In this document: in pieces, positions 27,901 through 37,045 of the stretch
Layout of the letters: the number at the start of each line of letters is the position of its first letter
Numbering within the stretch: the first letter of the stretch is position 1
From: Phoronis australis
Taxonomy: Eukaryota; Animalia; Phoronida
Assembly (NCBI GenBank): GCA_002633005.1
Contig: NMRA01000317.1
Span: 1-64,000, forward strand
Reading direction: 5' to 3'
Length of the DNA: 64,000 bases
Program-made: the position numbers and the translations under genes
The notes under the pieces: model-generated
What the model was told of the DNA's origin: nothing
Databases searched by the model: none
The model's input: the letters and a program-made list of their open reading frames with translations, nothing else

Positions 27901-30900
27901 AAAACTCTCAAATTGGCATTTTGATCATATTGTTTTATACCTTAGTTACGTAAAACTTGCGACTTGTTAGTCTCGCTATTGCTGTGTATGGCAGAAATGA
28001 AGCAAATTTTTTGAAAATATAGCAACAGTCATTTGTTACGCTTTTATCGAAAACTAGATATTGTCCTGCACATTTCTACGTGTTTTGTCTTCAACGTGGT
28101 AAGTATCTTCACTGATAAAACAAAGCTTAGTGCCGTGGTTTTGTTACTGTGGTTTGAAGCATAATTCAGTTGATGCGCGAACGTTTGCACCATGTTCAAA
28201 TTAACAGTAAGTGAAAATATTGCATTTGTTAACAAACTTTTTGAGTGTTAAACTTAGAATGTGTGATACTGTGGAGTGGTTACCATACATTTTATTTACA
28301 ACTGTAGTTTTCAAAAAAGTATGAAGCTTCAGCAAAGCTACGGTGGAAATTGAGAAGGAAGTCGAGAAAATGAATTATGTATGGTTTAAAATTTAACTGC
28401 AAATTTTTCATGAAATTTTGTAGATTTTTCAATGAGAAGATGAGATAACTGCTGTAGTTTGGTAGAACGTTAAGCTAATTAAAAAGTTACCTGTCTGATA
28501 GGTAACTTGACAATTCTCTAAGATATTGATGTCAAACTAATCCTTTTATTTATTAATTAAGCATGATAAAGTGGCTGACGCTTTTCATTGTCTCAACAGC
28601 TGTTTGCAGCACTGCTTGAAGCAGACTATACACCATAAGACTGTTCCCAGTTCTTGATGTAATATATACCGCACTGGCTTGTTTCAGCACACAATAATCG
28701 ACTTATTGCTGGCCTCTGTTGTACTAATGGTTTTAATGCTTTTGTTACATACTAGTTGGTCTCGTTGGAACCTAGAAGTTAACAGTGATCAAAGGTACCT
28801 TGATGGCATTGTCATAGCTTAAGATTGATTGTAATTCACATGTAGTGCTGTTGTGGCTACTGTGTAAGTTGTTATGTTATCTATTTCGCAGGTCGTTCCC
28901 CAGGGTCCACGAGGGGTCTCAACCTGGAACTGCCACTCTACATTGGTGGAGTGGACAGAGACTCCAAGATCGCGTCTGTTGTTGGCATTAAAGGCAGCAG
29001 TGTTGGCTTCATTGGCTGTATAACAGAGGTACTGTGTTCATCTTACAGACATTCCTTCTGGTAATGGATCTATATAATGTGCCCCAGTTTTGAGAACCAG
29101 TTTTCTCTACTTAATAATGGGCATCAAAATGGTTCTCAAAATACGGGCACGTTATAACTGACTATTGCCGTACTACTTTCCACCTGTTGCCTCAATGTGA
29201 ATGTCATGAAACTTTTCTTGCCATGAAAAGGATTGGTTTCAAACAGAAAATGAAAGATGACCATCTAATTGTAGCTCGGTCTTTCAGAACCGATGACTTT
29301 TTGACAATGTTCTTTGCCGTTTTACAATGAAAATTGTTTTCTATCATACTATGGAAAGGTTTGAGAATATTTTTTCTTGTTAAAGCGACTGTGAACCTGC
29401 GATTGTCCAGTAAGCAAACTTTTGATTCAAACCAAGCACATGCCGCTTTAAATTGGGCCTCAACTTGTTCCTTACTCAGATGTTTAAGTGATTTGTGGAT
29501 TTGCAAAGAAGTAACAGTTATACCTTGAGACCATGCTCAACACAACACGACATGTCATGACGAGCCAACTTGACGAACCTGCTCTGAAGCATTATCAAAC
29601 CGTTTTTCAGTTGTTTCAAAGCCCTGAAATTGCCTCTGACTTAATTAGACCAGTGTTGTAACAGTAAGCGATCTTAATATATTTTTGTAATGGTAGACAG
29701 CTTACGGGCACTTAAAGTAATCCACTTAATTTATACCTCAAGCAGTTAAGTAAGAAGAAAGTGTTGCTTCAGTGCAGCTATTTGTTTCTATTGTAATACA
29801 AGGGAGGCAGGTTGGTTGAAGTACAATTGTAGTTGATTGGTAACATTTCACTGGCTATTTCTACCCATGTCCTTGTCTCCACTCAGGTGAAAGTGAATGG
29901 TGTACGTACTGACCTACTGAAGCAGGCCATCGCTAGTGGAGGTATCCAGGACTGTGGGGACGACCAGGTGTGCTCTAGGAGGCCTTGTAGGAATGGGGCC
30001 ACGTGTGAGGCTCTGAACCACGATGACTACATTTGTCTATGTGCTGAGGGTTACACAGGTAAGCTGGTGTAGGAACAGGGGCACGTGTGAGGCCCTTAAT
30101 CAGGATGACTACACTTGTCTATGTGCTGAGGGTTACACTGGGTGATCTGGTGTACAAGAATGGAGGTACGTATGAGGCCCTGAACCTTTCTGGAATCTTA
30201 TGGGTGTTTAAGTAGTGCATCTTCTTTGATGGGAAAGTCGTTTGTAGTATCTGTTAGTAGGCCAAAACCAGGTTTGGTATCCTTTTAATAATTTATACTG
30301 CAGTTCTATGGTAATAATTACCACATTAGTTTGTGTAATGACAGGTGTGTTTGTGTTTGTAGGTCGTAACTGTGAGACTGAAGTGAACATCTGTCTGACA
30401 GCCAACCCTTGTCAGAATGGTGCTACCTGCCACTACACTGGCAAGGCTCATACGTGTCTCTGTCCCATTGGCTTTGTGGGTTCCAGGTGTGAAACAGGTA
30501 AGTCTTCTTCTGAACCTGTTCTAAGTATCAGGTGCAGAATAGGCATGATGTAAACATCTATCTGTTCAAGGAAATGATTTTGGAAGAATGGCATAATTTC
30601 AGGGTAAGGAATTTGGTAAAAGAAAAAATTCTCTTTGTTCTTTTTTCCTGAGTAAAAATAGTCAATTATGAAGTTGTAAATTTGAGTTGCAACCCCAAGT
30701 TGATGACTTTTGGCTGCAACTGTGACATAACAAAACATTACTAATTGTTACTGTGAATGACCTTTAGATATCCGTGATGACCTAGACATACTGCCAGGCT
30801 CACCAGCTGGTTTCCAAGGCGATGGTTACCTGGAGTTTGACAGAAAGCTGTTGCCCCACGTGGGCCCAGATGTGATCAGTTTCACGTTTACCACAAATGA

Positions 30901-33527
30901 GACCAATGGACTGATCCTGTGGCACGGCCAAAAGCTTGGAGGGCGTGGAATGGATTTCCTGGCTATAGGGGTGGTCAATGGTTATCTGGAGCTGGGGTAA
31001 AGTGCACTGCGTCTGCGCTTTGGTGTAATTGTACATGAAATAGAAATTGAAAGCATACTCCGTGCAAAATCCTGGGTGAACAACGTGTGTGTGTGACTGC
31101 CTGCGTGCGTGTGTTTGTTGCATTTTACCCAAGTGTTATTGGCTGTGTTGGGCCAGTTAGCTGGTGCTTTTGATTTGTTCAACAGTTTCAAACATGGATT
31201 TTATTTTAGTTTGAACTTAATCTTGGTTTAAATTTAATCTTAGTTTGAAGTTAGTCTTAGTTCCTGAAGTTGAGTTAGGCACTGCGCATTTATTAAGAAT
31301 TAGTCCGGACAAATTATAAAGTCTTTAACTCTGTGTAAGTACTGTGGTGTTGAGCAGATGTCCAGATTATGATGTTCGGTAATTGTAATATTGAACAATG
31401 TTGCCAGTAGTCATGTTGTTGAGAAATGTGTTGATAACTCTAACACTGCCAGACCATTGTTAACAAATGAATGTGTCTACAACCTGCCATGTATTGTCCA
31501 TAGGTATGAGTTGGGCAGTGGCCCTGCTGCCATCCAGTCACTTAACCTGGTTAATGACAGTAAACCACACAGAGTTAGTATTGAAAGGTCAGTATACCGC
31601 TCATAGTTTGTTTAGTATCCTCCATCAAGTTGTGCCTAATAGTGCTCATCTGGTGACTCCCAGTTCTAGCATCACTGACCATATCAAATGTGGATGTGCT
31701 TGGTGATGAACATGGTGTCTTATTATTCATGTTTGCAAATGCGAGGCAATATGCCAATTATTCTATTACCCCCATGTTTGATAGGTCTCTGACTATGGTT
31801 CCTACCAAGGGCAATCATTGGCCAGCTGATACTGAGCAGTGAAATAATCCTTATTATGAGTTTTACTATTACCAACCCCCCTGCTGTGCTATTATAACAT
31901 AAACTTTGTTCAATAGCTGATGGTAAAGCAAACAAAATAAAAAAGAAATGGACTACAAATTAAAGTTCAATAAGTCTATAGTAGTCCCATAATTTATTAG
32001 CTCTTCTATGTCATGCTGTCTTTGTTATGGTGATAATCAGTATTCACAAATGAATACAAGCTTTCTTGACACTGCATATTGGTCTTCACTTTCGATAGTC
32101 TTATTGGCAGTTGGTGAAAATTTTTGTACACTGAATACCACAGCTGGTAAAAAATATTCTAAGGGTTAGCAAAATTTAATTCGTAAAAAATGTAAGTAAC
32201 TTTTAGGATATATTTCATTTCTTTTGGTATCTTGACAGAAAATAAGATGTTTGTCTCTCTCTCTCTCTACAGGACTGCTAAGAAGGCTATATTACGTGTA
32301 GACTCAGACGCGCTGGGAGGATCTTCAGGCGGGTCACTCACTAGTTTAGATGTCAATGGAAATGTATTTGTGGGTAAGTGCACTGGTCAAAGCTTCTGAG
32401 GTCAAAGGTTGTGACCTTTTTCACCAATCTGACTTTACTAATCTGATGGTGTATACGTCAGGAATGGCACTAATTCTGTCAGTGTAAAGAGGTGTTGTTG
32501 TTTTAAGTTGTTTTACAGGGATTTGGATTTTAATAGTAGTCACGTGACTTATAGGTTGCATTTACAAATGACACTCCAACTCACCCTGATCACCTGCAGA
32601 CAGCACATAACCATACCATTTGTGTTTCCATTGCAATATACTTAATTTGGTAGAAATAATTACCAGCGCGGTACTTCCTAATAAAGATTTACATGCTCAA
32701 TGAACTGGGGCATGCCTTGAGGAGAAGGGGTTGACCAGCTGCTTGGCTGGGGTAAGGCACCTCATCTAGGCTAGTCTTGGTGTAACAAGGTCTGTAAATG
32801 CTATTCTCATGGCATGCTACCTAGCTCAATATGCTAGTGTTTCATTTCACTTCATTCTTACATACTTGGATGTATTTGAGATGACATCACCATATCCTGC
32901 TAGTGTTGAGCCATACCCGCTAGTTGACAGTAGCACAATTTCTAGCTCCGATTCAATTTTGAAAACTTTTGTGGTGTTTCCACAGGTTGTGGCTGCTTAT
33001 TTGGTGATACCCTCTCACCCTGGGTGTGGGTGACTTTTTAAGAGATATTTGCTTATTGATAACCAGCGTTTTGTAACTCACCATGGGTGACCCGGTGATC
33101 TTCTTTTATCACTTTGATCATGGTGACTAGATCCTCCTCAAGAAATGCCGGCCCCCGACTCGTAAAATTCCTGTTCAAACGACAGGGCTTCTGCATCCAA
33201 GTCAGTTAGAGGCACTAACTCTTTCGTTGTGCCAATGCAGCCATGGCGACGGCTTTGCTGAGTGCTAGCCAAGATGTAATTCTTTTGTATGATGTTCACT
33301 CTGTGATGTTCTCATCAGGCTGCAGCTCACCAGAGGTAAATCTTGTTTAATTTACTAATTCATTGTCATCTGTCTCAGGTGGTGTTCCTAACATTAAAGT
33401 AGAAACCCAAGGTAAATATTCTCAAGGCTTCAGTGGCTGTCTATCAGACCTGTCCATCAATGAGGAGAAGCCGGTCAAGCTGTTCAGTGAAGCGTTGAAG
33501 GGAGTCAATGTTGGACTGTGTCGTTAA
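860..33527 (+). CDS. HSPG2: Perlecan (basement membrane heparan sulfate proteoglycan core protein), 5'-partial: last 32 coding exons, about 1607 aa (end of domain IV plus domain V)
   Basis: join(860-991,1624-1767,2528-2679,3198-3315,4375-4507,5218-5360,6312-6602,7148-7240,10060-10239,10933-11172,12369-12534,13412-13509,14225-14411,16057-16154,16539-16628,17950-18129,18476-18623,19279-19409,20540-20650,20994-21173,21974-22126,22513-22731,23371-23460,24087-24308,24764-24880,28892-29028,29887-30058,30363-30497,30768-30996,31504-31587,32273-32373,33379-33527). All introns are GT-AG, phases are compatible, and the frame stays open to TAA. Ten I-set Ig domains (C...W...DxGxYxC) followed by LG-EGF-EGF-LG-EGF-EGF-LG is the perlecan C-terminal architecture. 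Confidence 0.95.
1624..1767 (+). CDS. HSPG2: perlecan exon, Ig C-half
   Basis: acag|...|gtaagt; SSVKDGVLTIPNVQPDYAGNYICS. Confidence 0.92.
2528..2679 (+). CDS. HSPG2: perlecan exon, Ig N-half
   Basis: ctag|...|gtatgt; KPTVVMQPAQVNIREGETAILQCVANGRPIPSIRW. Confidence 0.92.
3198..3315 (+). CDS. HSPG2: perlecan exon, Ig C-half
   Basis: ttcag|...|gtaagt; LQGNILRIIRADKMDNGVFTCTAEN. Confidence 0.92.
4077..4339. repeat. minisatellite, 44-bp unit x6
   Basis: acctcaatgttgttgtattacacgtggtgtatactgtaacatgt, near-identical copies. Confidence 0.95.
4375..4507 (+). CDS. HSPG2: perlecan exon, Ig N-half
   Basis: ttag|...|gtaggc; EPVVEIYPRGPFREIIPGQSLTVECRTSAGFPRPTVTWSR. Confidence 0.9.
5218..5360 (+). CDS. 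HSPG2: perlecan exon, Ig C-half
   Basis: cacag|...|gtgagt; GSSLRFRRISSEDAGNYVCTGSN. Confidence 0.92.
5408..5977. repeat. minisatellite, ~90-bp unit x~6, containing an assembly N at 5602
   Basis: gtgtgctacaattctcaatgatccacaatgatggtttag...cacttttctgaccatgta repeated. Confidence 0.92.
6312..6602 (+). CDS. HSPG2: perlecan exon, whole Ig domain (phase 1-1, 291 nt)
   Basis: ttag|...|gtaaca; APLGARVRLECTA...VQW...NDVGAYTCVAK. Confidence 0.92.
7148..7240 (+). CDS. HSPG2: perlecan exon, Ig N-part
   Basis: ccag|...|gtaagg; GPPVLQPLQDINTPLYSTVTLTCTGSG. Confidence 0.88.
9596..9772. repeat. minisatellite, ~35-bp unit x5
   Basis: atatgactagttatagactgggtgtgtgagtccgg repeated. Confidence 0.9.
10060..10239 (+). 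CDS. HSPG2: perlecan exon, Ig C-part
   Basis: gcag|...|gtgagc; NPPPVLSWERVGRPLP...VQAEDAGEYMC. Confidence 0.92.
10857..10911. repeat. (CA)n-type microsatellite
   Basis: imperfect CA/CACG run just upstream of the 10933 acceptor. Confidence 0.85.
10933..11172 (+). CDS. HSPG2: perlecan exon, whole Ig domain (phase 1-1, 240 nt)
   Basis: ctag|...|gtgaga; ISPESQTVRVGGRVQLRC...KW...SDSGIYEC. Confidence 0.92.
12369..12534 (+). CDS. HSPG2: perlecan exon, Ig N-part
   Basis: gtag|...|gtaagt; EGASVVLTCQASGRNLKYQWSRARGALP. Confidence 0.92.
13030..13456 (+). repeat. ~70-bp tandem repeat x6 derived from a perlecan intron-exon junction
   Basis: tatagtcacggtgttacag|gttgtttgatttgaaacaagaagacactggtcgttatttgtgtgt; the last copy is the real exon start. 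Confidence 0.9.
13412..13509 (+). CDS. HSPG2: perlecan exon, Ig C-part
   Basis: acag|...|gtgagt; LFDLKQEDTGRYLCVVSNNLG. Confidence 0.9.
14225..14411 (+). CDS. HSPG2: perlecan exon, Ig N-part
   Basis: atag|...|gttagt; VPVGSTVTLRC...VEWRKDGGVIP. Confidence 0.9.
14580..15139. mobile_element. PIF/Harbinger-type MITE, 560 bp
   Basis: About 42-bp near-perfect TIR GGGCTGTTCCAGCAAAATCTGTATGGGAGGGGGGGGAAGGCA, 3-bp TSD TCA/TCA, internal AAAAATTWYGGGTGG sub-repeats. Confidence 0.85.
16057..16154 (+). CDS. HSPG2: perlecan exon, Ig C-part
   Basis: gcag|...|gtagat; ISGVRAEDAGRYICEVTN. Confidence 0.92.
16539..16628 (+). CDS. HSPG2: perlecan exon, Ig N-part
   Basis: ttcag|...|gtatgt; QADVGARVRLICDARG. 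Confidence 0.9.
17950..18129 (+). CDS. HSPG2: perlecan exon, Ig C-part
   Basis: atag|...|gtgagt; TPTPTVRWDR...TDAGAYVCVASNSAG. Confidence 0.92.
18476..18623 (+). CDS. HSPG2: perlecan exon, S/T linker plus Ig N-half
   Basis: acag|...|gtaagt; YNGKSATLRCS...VRWSRTVGRLP. Confidence 0.9.
19279..19409 (+). CDS. HSPG2: perlecan exon, last Ig C-half
   Basis: acag|...|gtacag; GTLTIPSVMKEDQGTYICTA. Confidence 0.9.
20540..20650 (+). CDS. HSPG2: perlecan exon, LG1 start
   Basis: ccag|...|gtaagt; IPEFKQDRPSYLRL...FDIVISFYPTDEDG. Confidence 0.9.
20994..21173 (+). CDS. HSPG2: perlecan exon, LG1
   Basis: tcag|...|gtaatt; LIFYNG...GDFVSFGL...ELRFELGSG...KWHTVRL. Confidence 0.93.
21660..21845 (-). mobile_element. 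tRNA-derived SINE fragment (3' end approximate)
   Basis: On -: A box TGACTCAGTGG and B box GGTTCAAATCC at tRNA-like spacing. Confidence 0.55.
21974..22126 (+). CDS. HSPG2: perlecan exon, LG1
   Basis: gcag|...|gtaagt; GLDLAQEDLFLGG. Confidence 0.93.
22513..22731 (+). CDS. HSPG2: perlecan exon, LG1 end plus EGF1
   Basis: acag|...|gtaagg; CQNSSPC...FVCVCHKGYTGDRCE. Confidence 0.92.
23371..23460 (+). CDS. HSPG2: perlecan exon, EGF2
   Basis: tcag|...|gtaagt; ACGAGRCYNVDDGIRCVCPIGLTGPRC. Confidence 0.92.
23782..24043 (-). mobile_element. Tc1/mariner-type MITE, about 262 bp
   Basis: TIRs CAGTACAAGACAAAAGTAATCAGACAA / CAGTACATGCCAAAAGTATTCAGGCAA with TA on both sides; homologous to 44855-45119. 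Confidence 0.8.
24087..24308 (+). CDS. HSPG2: perlecan exon, LG2
   Basis: acag|...|gtaaga; VLLYNGQ...GDFIALVIKNGYLEFIYDSGSG. Confidence 0.93.
24764..24880 (+). CDS. HSPG2: perlecan exon, LG2
   Basis: tcag|...|gtatgt; AANIRSREPLKVNEWTSIVAER. Confidence 0.92.
28892..29028 (+). CDS. HSPG2: perlecan exon, LG2
   Basis: gcag|...|gtactg; SPGSTRGLNLELPLYIGG...GFIGCITE. Confidence 0.93.
29073..29156. repeat. 84-bp hairpin (27-bp arms)
   Basis: tataatgtgccccagttttgagaacca ... tggttctcaaaatacgggcacgttata. Confidence 0.7.
29887..30058 (+). CDS. HSPG2: perlecan exon, LG2 end plus EGF3
   Basis: tcag|...|gtaagc; CSRRPCRNGATC...YICLCAEGYTG. Confidence 0.93.
29986..30186 (+). repeat. ~82-bp tandem repeat x2.5 derived from a perlecan exon-intron junction
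   Basis: The EGF3-coding 3' end and donor are repeated at 30068 and partly at 30151. Confidence 0.85.
30363..30497 (+). CDS. HSPG2: perlecan exon, EGF4
   Basis: gtag|...|gtaagt; NPCQNGATC...CLCPIGFVGSRCE. Confidence 0.93.
30768..30996 (+). CDS. HSPG2: perlecan exon, LG3
   Basis: ttag|...|gtaaag; FQGDGYLE...NGLILWHGQ...DFLAIGVVNGYLE. Confidence 0.93.
31504..31587 (+). CDS. HSPG2: perlecan exon, LG3
   Basis: atag|...|gtcagt; YELGSGPAAIQS...VNDSKPHRVSIER. Confidence 0.92.
32273..32373 (+). CDS. HSPG2: perlecan exon, LG3
   Basis: acag|...|gtaagt; LRVD...LDVNGNVFVG. Confidence 0.92.
33379..33527 (+). CDS. HSPG2: perlecan last coding exon (LG3 end, stop)
   Basis: tcag|GVPNI...GFSGCLSDL...GVNVGLCR TAA TAA. 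Confidence 0.93.
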
Positions 33528-34590
33528 TAATGCTCAACTTAGCACAGTGTTCACCAGACTAGACTAGTACTCTGTGATGCTGTGTGTCCAGTAGTGGTCA
33601 TGTATAGAATGACTGTTGCCTACTTTTTACTGTGTCAATATTGTGATTAGAGCACTGAAAATCATCAAATTTCACCTTTACTATTGTGCAGACAAAACAA
33701 CATCAACTTAGAGAAAGTAGCTGCAAAATATGAAATTTTCATGATTTTTTAATATGTTGTAAAAGTTATAGTTTACTCTATTTGTCATTTTTACCAATCA
33801 TGTTTGTACCTGTGGTGTATCGTTTCCTAGTTGAGTTAGAAAAAGCTTAATCAGCGTATCACTGCCAAAATATAGTTCTATGGACCAAGAGAGGCCAGTG
33901 TAGGAGCAATGGTTTATCCAGCAGACTTTCTATATCTTGCATTGTGTGCAGTCACTCTTTTCTAGATGGTGTCTTGAATTCCCTTGAACATTTAGCTATC
34001 ATGTGTGTCTTGAAAAATTCTGGCAGGAGACCGTTAGAGGAGTGTGCTTGAATAAATCGCGTTTCACCCCATCTATTGGCTTTGTACTACATTAACACGA
34101 TATTAAGACGTAAGTAGGCCAAGCTTAACCCCGAAAATATGGTTGGTACAGGGGAGGTAATTGATGATACTCGTGCGGTATGTTGTTGTATAATGTCTTG
34201 TGATAGAAAATATTTATATATGCTTGTTTACAATCAGGTTAGATCTTTTACACATCAATGAATCGGCCGATTTCTTTCCTAACTACATGTTTGCAGTTTG
34301 CAGTTTATGGAACTGAAAACATTGTATTGTCTAGGATTTCACTCTAATTATTTGATTTTCTAGTGTTTTACATATATTTTTAAGCTTTGATAATCAGTTT
34401 CTTTCGATACTTAGGACATCATCTACTACTAATTAAAACCAAAGAGAAACATTTATGTGTACGTGATTATTTTTGAAAAGAATGTTTTTCTAATCAGTGC
34501 CTACAGTAGTGACGTCAGTTTTGAATAAGTCAGTAATGCCTGCATTTAGTTTATTTTGTGTTAGGTAGGGTAGTGTTTAATGTTGACTCT

Positions 34591-34667
34591 AATAAACAAA
34601 TATTTGTTCAATGGGTACATCATTGCGTATTAATTACACATATTAGTCATTTTGTGCGATTAATAAA
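34591..34667 (+). terminator. candidate perlecan poly(A) signals (AATAAA at 34591 and 34662; another at 34051)
   Basis: AATAAA hexamers about 0.5-1.1 kb after the stop in an AT-rich 3' UTR. Confidence 0.45.
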
Positions 34668-35911
34668 AAGGATCACTACGAGAGATTTTGTGGACAACAT
34701 TCAGTAACACATTCAATTCACATGTAATCAAGACAGACTTTAAACAATGGGATTTCACGTTTTTATTTGAAAACTCTTTACAATTATATGATGCCTTCAA
34801 ATAACCATTACATAATCTGTCCTATCCCCCTAGTATCACTTTTAATCAGAACACTTAATGCAATGGAATTAAAGAGCCTGTAACCCTGTAATTTTTTATT
34901 ATAGACCACTTGCTTCTACAAAATAGTACTTCACATGTGCTTATAATTCTACACAACTGGGTACAAACTCGGGCAGCAGCTCAGTGGGCATCGCTCAACT
35001 CCTGCAGAGAAACCGATTTTCCCAATGTGATCAAACCAAAAGATTCAAAAACACCAGAGTCTTGATAGGTTGGGCGAAAGACACGTCATTAAGTTATGAC
35101 GGGCTATTGTAACCTAGCCAGACACGGGCACATCACTGAGCATTTGGGGAGCCCAGTGCGTCACTTGTGTGCTACTGAAGTTGAAACCCCTAAACACATG
35201 TTAGTCTTGCCCAGTTTTTTATTGGCTAAGGAGCAACCTACTGGATGGCAGTTACATGCCTATAAAAGTCTGCTTTGTAAAGGCGACGGCAGACTTCCCT
35301 CACGAAGAAACTGTTCATCCATAGCGTACCTTGTGTATAGTGCAGGAACTATTTGACATGATTTCCATAAATGGTCAAAATCAAGATTTAACTGACTCGT
35401 GCAATAATATAAAAACATTTAGCTGATCCTGGATGCTTTGGTTATGTAATCCACTGCTAAATTATGAAATGGGGTTCTAAGTTGTTTACTCTTAACAATC
35501 CAAAATTTGAAATGTTCATGGATGAAAGAAATTCCATTAGTCTTCACAATGTCTAGTCCAACTAAGTCTGAGAGTGAGTCAACCTCGAGAGTTGTATGTG
35601 GGACGTTAGTTATTTCAAAAAACGAATCATTCATAGTGGCTATGGCGTCTGCTAGCTGCCAAACTTGGTGAATGTGTGAATAACTTCCACAAATGACCCA
35701 ACATCTTTCGTATTATTTATTATCTTGTGACGTACAATTCCCTTAAAAAGCATTGTGCATTGTGATTTAGTCATACAGAATTGTAAATTAATTTAATTGC
35801 TGAAATATTAATATTACCATTATCCCATGTGCTTATAAAAATTTGTACATGTTTTGCGCCACCACAATGTTAAGAAGGCACAATTTGCAAGTACCTGGTA
35901 ACAGTTAAGTT

Positions 35912-37045
35912 AACAAGAGCAATCTGGAGTGCTGAAATGCACTGCAAACGGTGTGCTTCTGGGGATGTTTATTTGTATCATAAAAATGGCCACTAGATGG
36001 CGCAAAGTACATCAAATCCATCCGAAAACTGGTATATTATGTCATCAAAGCTATCTACCAAATTTCATACAAATCCGCCTAGGAACTTATGAGAAACCAA
36101 GGAAAACGGAAAAAAAATAACTGCCACTAGGAGGCACCACAGTTGTAGAAGTCGTGGGAAAATCATCGTCAACCATCCTCTTCACACTAAGAGCATATAT
36201 GCCAATTTTCACCATCATCCTTACAGTGGGAGAGGTTTGGTTGATAGAGGGCAGTTGCCAAAAATAAATTAAAAAACAAAAAACATGGCCACTAGATGGC
36301 GCAAAATATGTTGAATCCATCTGAAAACAGGAACATGTCATCGTTTCAATAGAAAGCTATTTACCATATTTCATAAAAATCTGATTAACAGCTTGAGAGA
36401 AACAGAGGAAAACAGAAAATGAAATTGCCACTAGGGGGAACAGTGTTTGTCGGATCCATTTGAAAGTCGTATTCGTTTGTAGTCAGCTTCATATAAATAC
36501 ACTTGCTAAATTTAATAAGGATCCGACAGAGGGTTTAGGAGATACAGCCATGGGCGTAAAAAAGTATAACTGCCACTAGGAGGCGCCACAGTAGTTGAGG
36601 TCATCGGAAAATCACTGCTGGCTGTCTTCTTCATATTAGGAACATTAGAATTTAGAATGGTTTAGTTGACAGAGGGGCGAATGCCAAAAACAGATTCCAA
36701 AACAGTGAAAATGGCCACTAGGTGGCGCAAAGTACCTCAAATCCATCCGAAAACGGGAGGATAGCATCATCTCACTATCAGGTGCCTAACTGCCAAATTT
36801 TATGAAAATCTGTTGAGGACCTCCGAAGATACAGAAGTAAACGTAAAAAACTAAAATTGCCACTAGGGGGCACACCAGAAGTCGGAGAGGTCTAACATTC
36901 GTCGTCATCCATCATCAGCTTCACAGGAACACATCTGCCAAATCTCAAAAACATCCTGTGAGAGGTTTAGGAGATACAGCTGTGGCTGCAGGATGCCCAG
37001 ACAGAGATGACGGCACCCACATATAAATATGTGGGCGTATATAAA
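35912..37045 (-). mobile_element. Non-autonomous Helentron-like (HINE/DINE-1-type) element with ~145-bp internal tandem repeats
   Basis: Homologous, in reverse, to 62146-63020; same terminal hairpin (cccacatat aa atatgtggg) and aacaagagcaa...gagtgctgaaatgc end; seven repeat units. Confidence 0.75.

Noticed and set aside
24900-28850. Possible nested gene in the 4-kb perlecan intron
   Set aside because: The short ORFs are low-complexity with no recognisable domain or consistent exon chain; the sequence looks like decayed repeats.
860-33527. Alternative identity as agrin, laminin alpha or hemicentin
   Set aside because: An Ig array directly followed by LG-EGF2-LG-EGF2-LG and a stop fits perlecan; agrin lacks the Ig array and hemicentin lacks LG domains.
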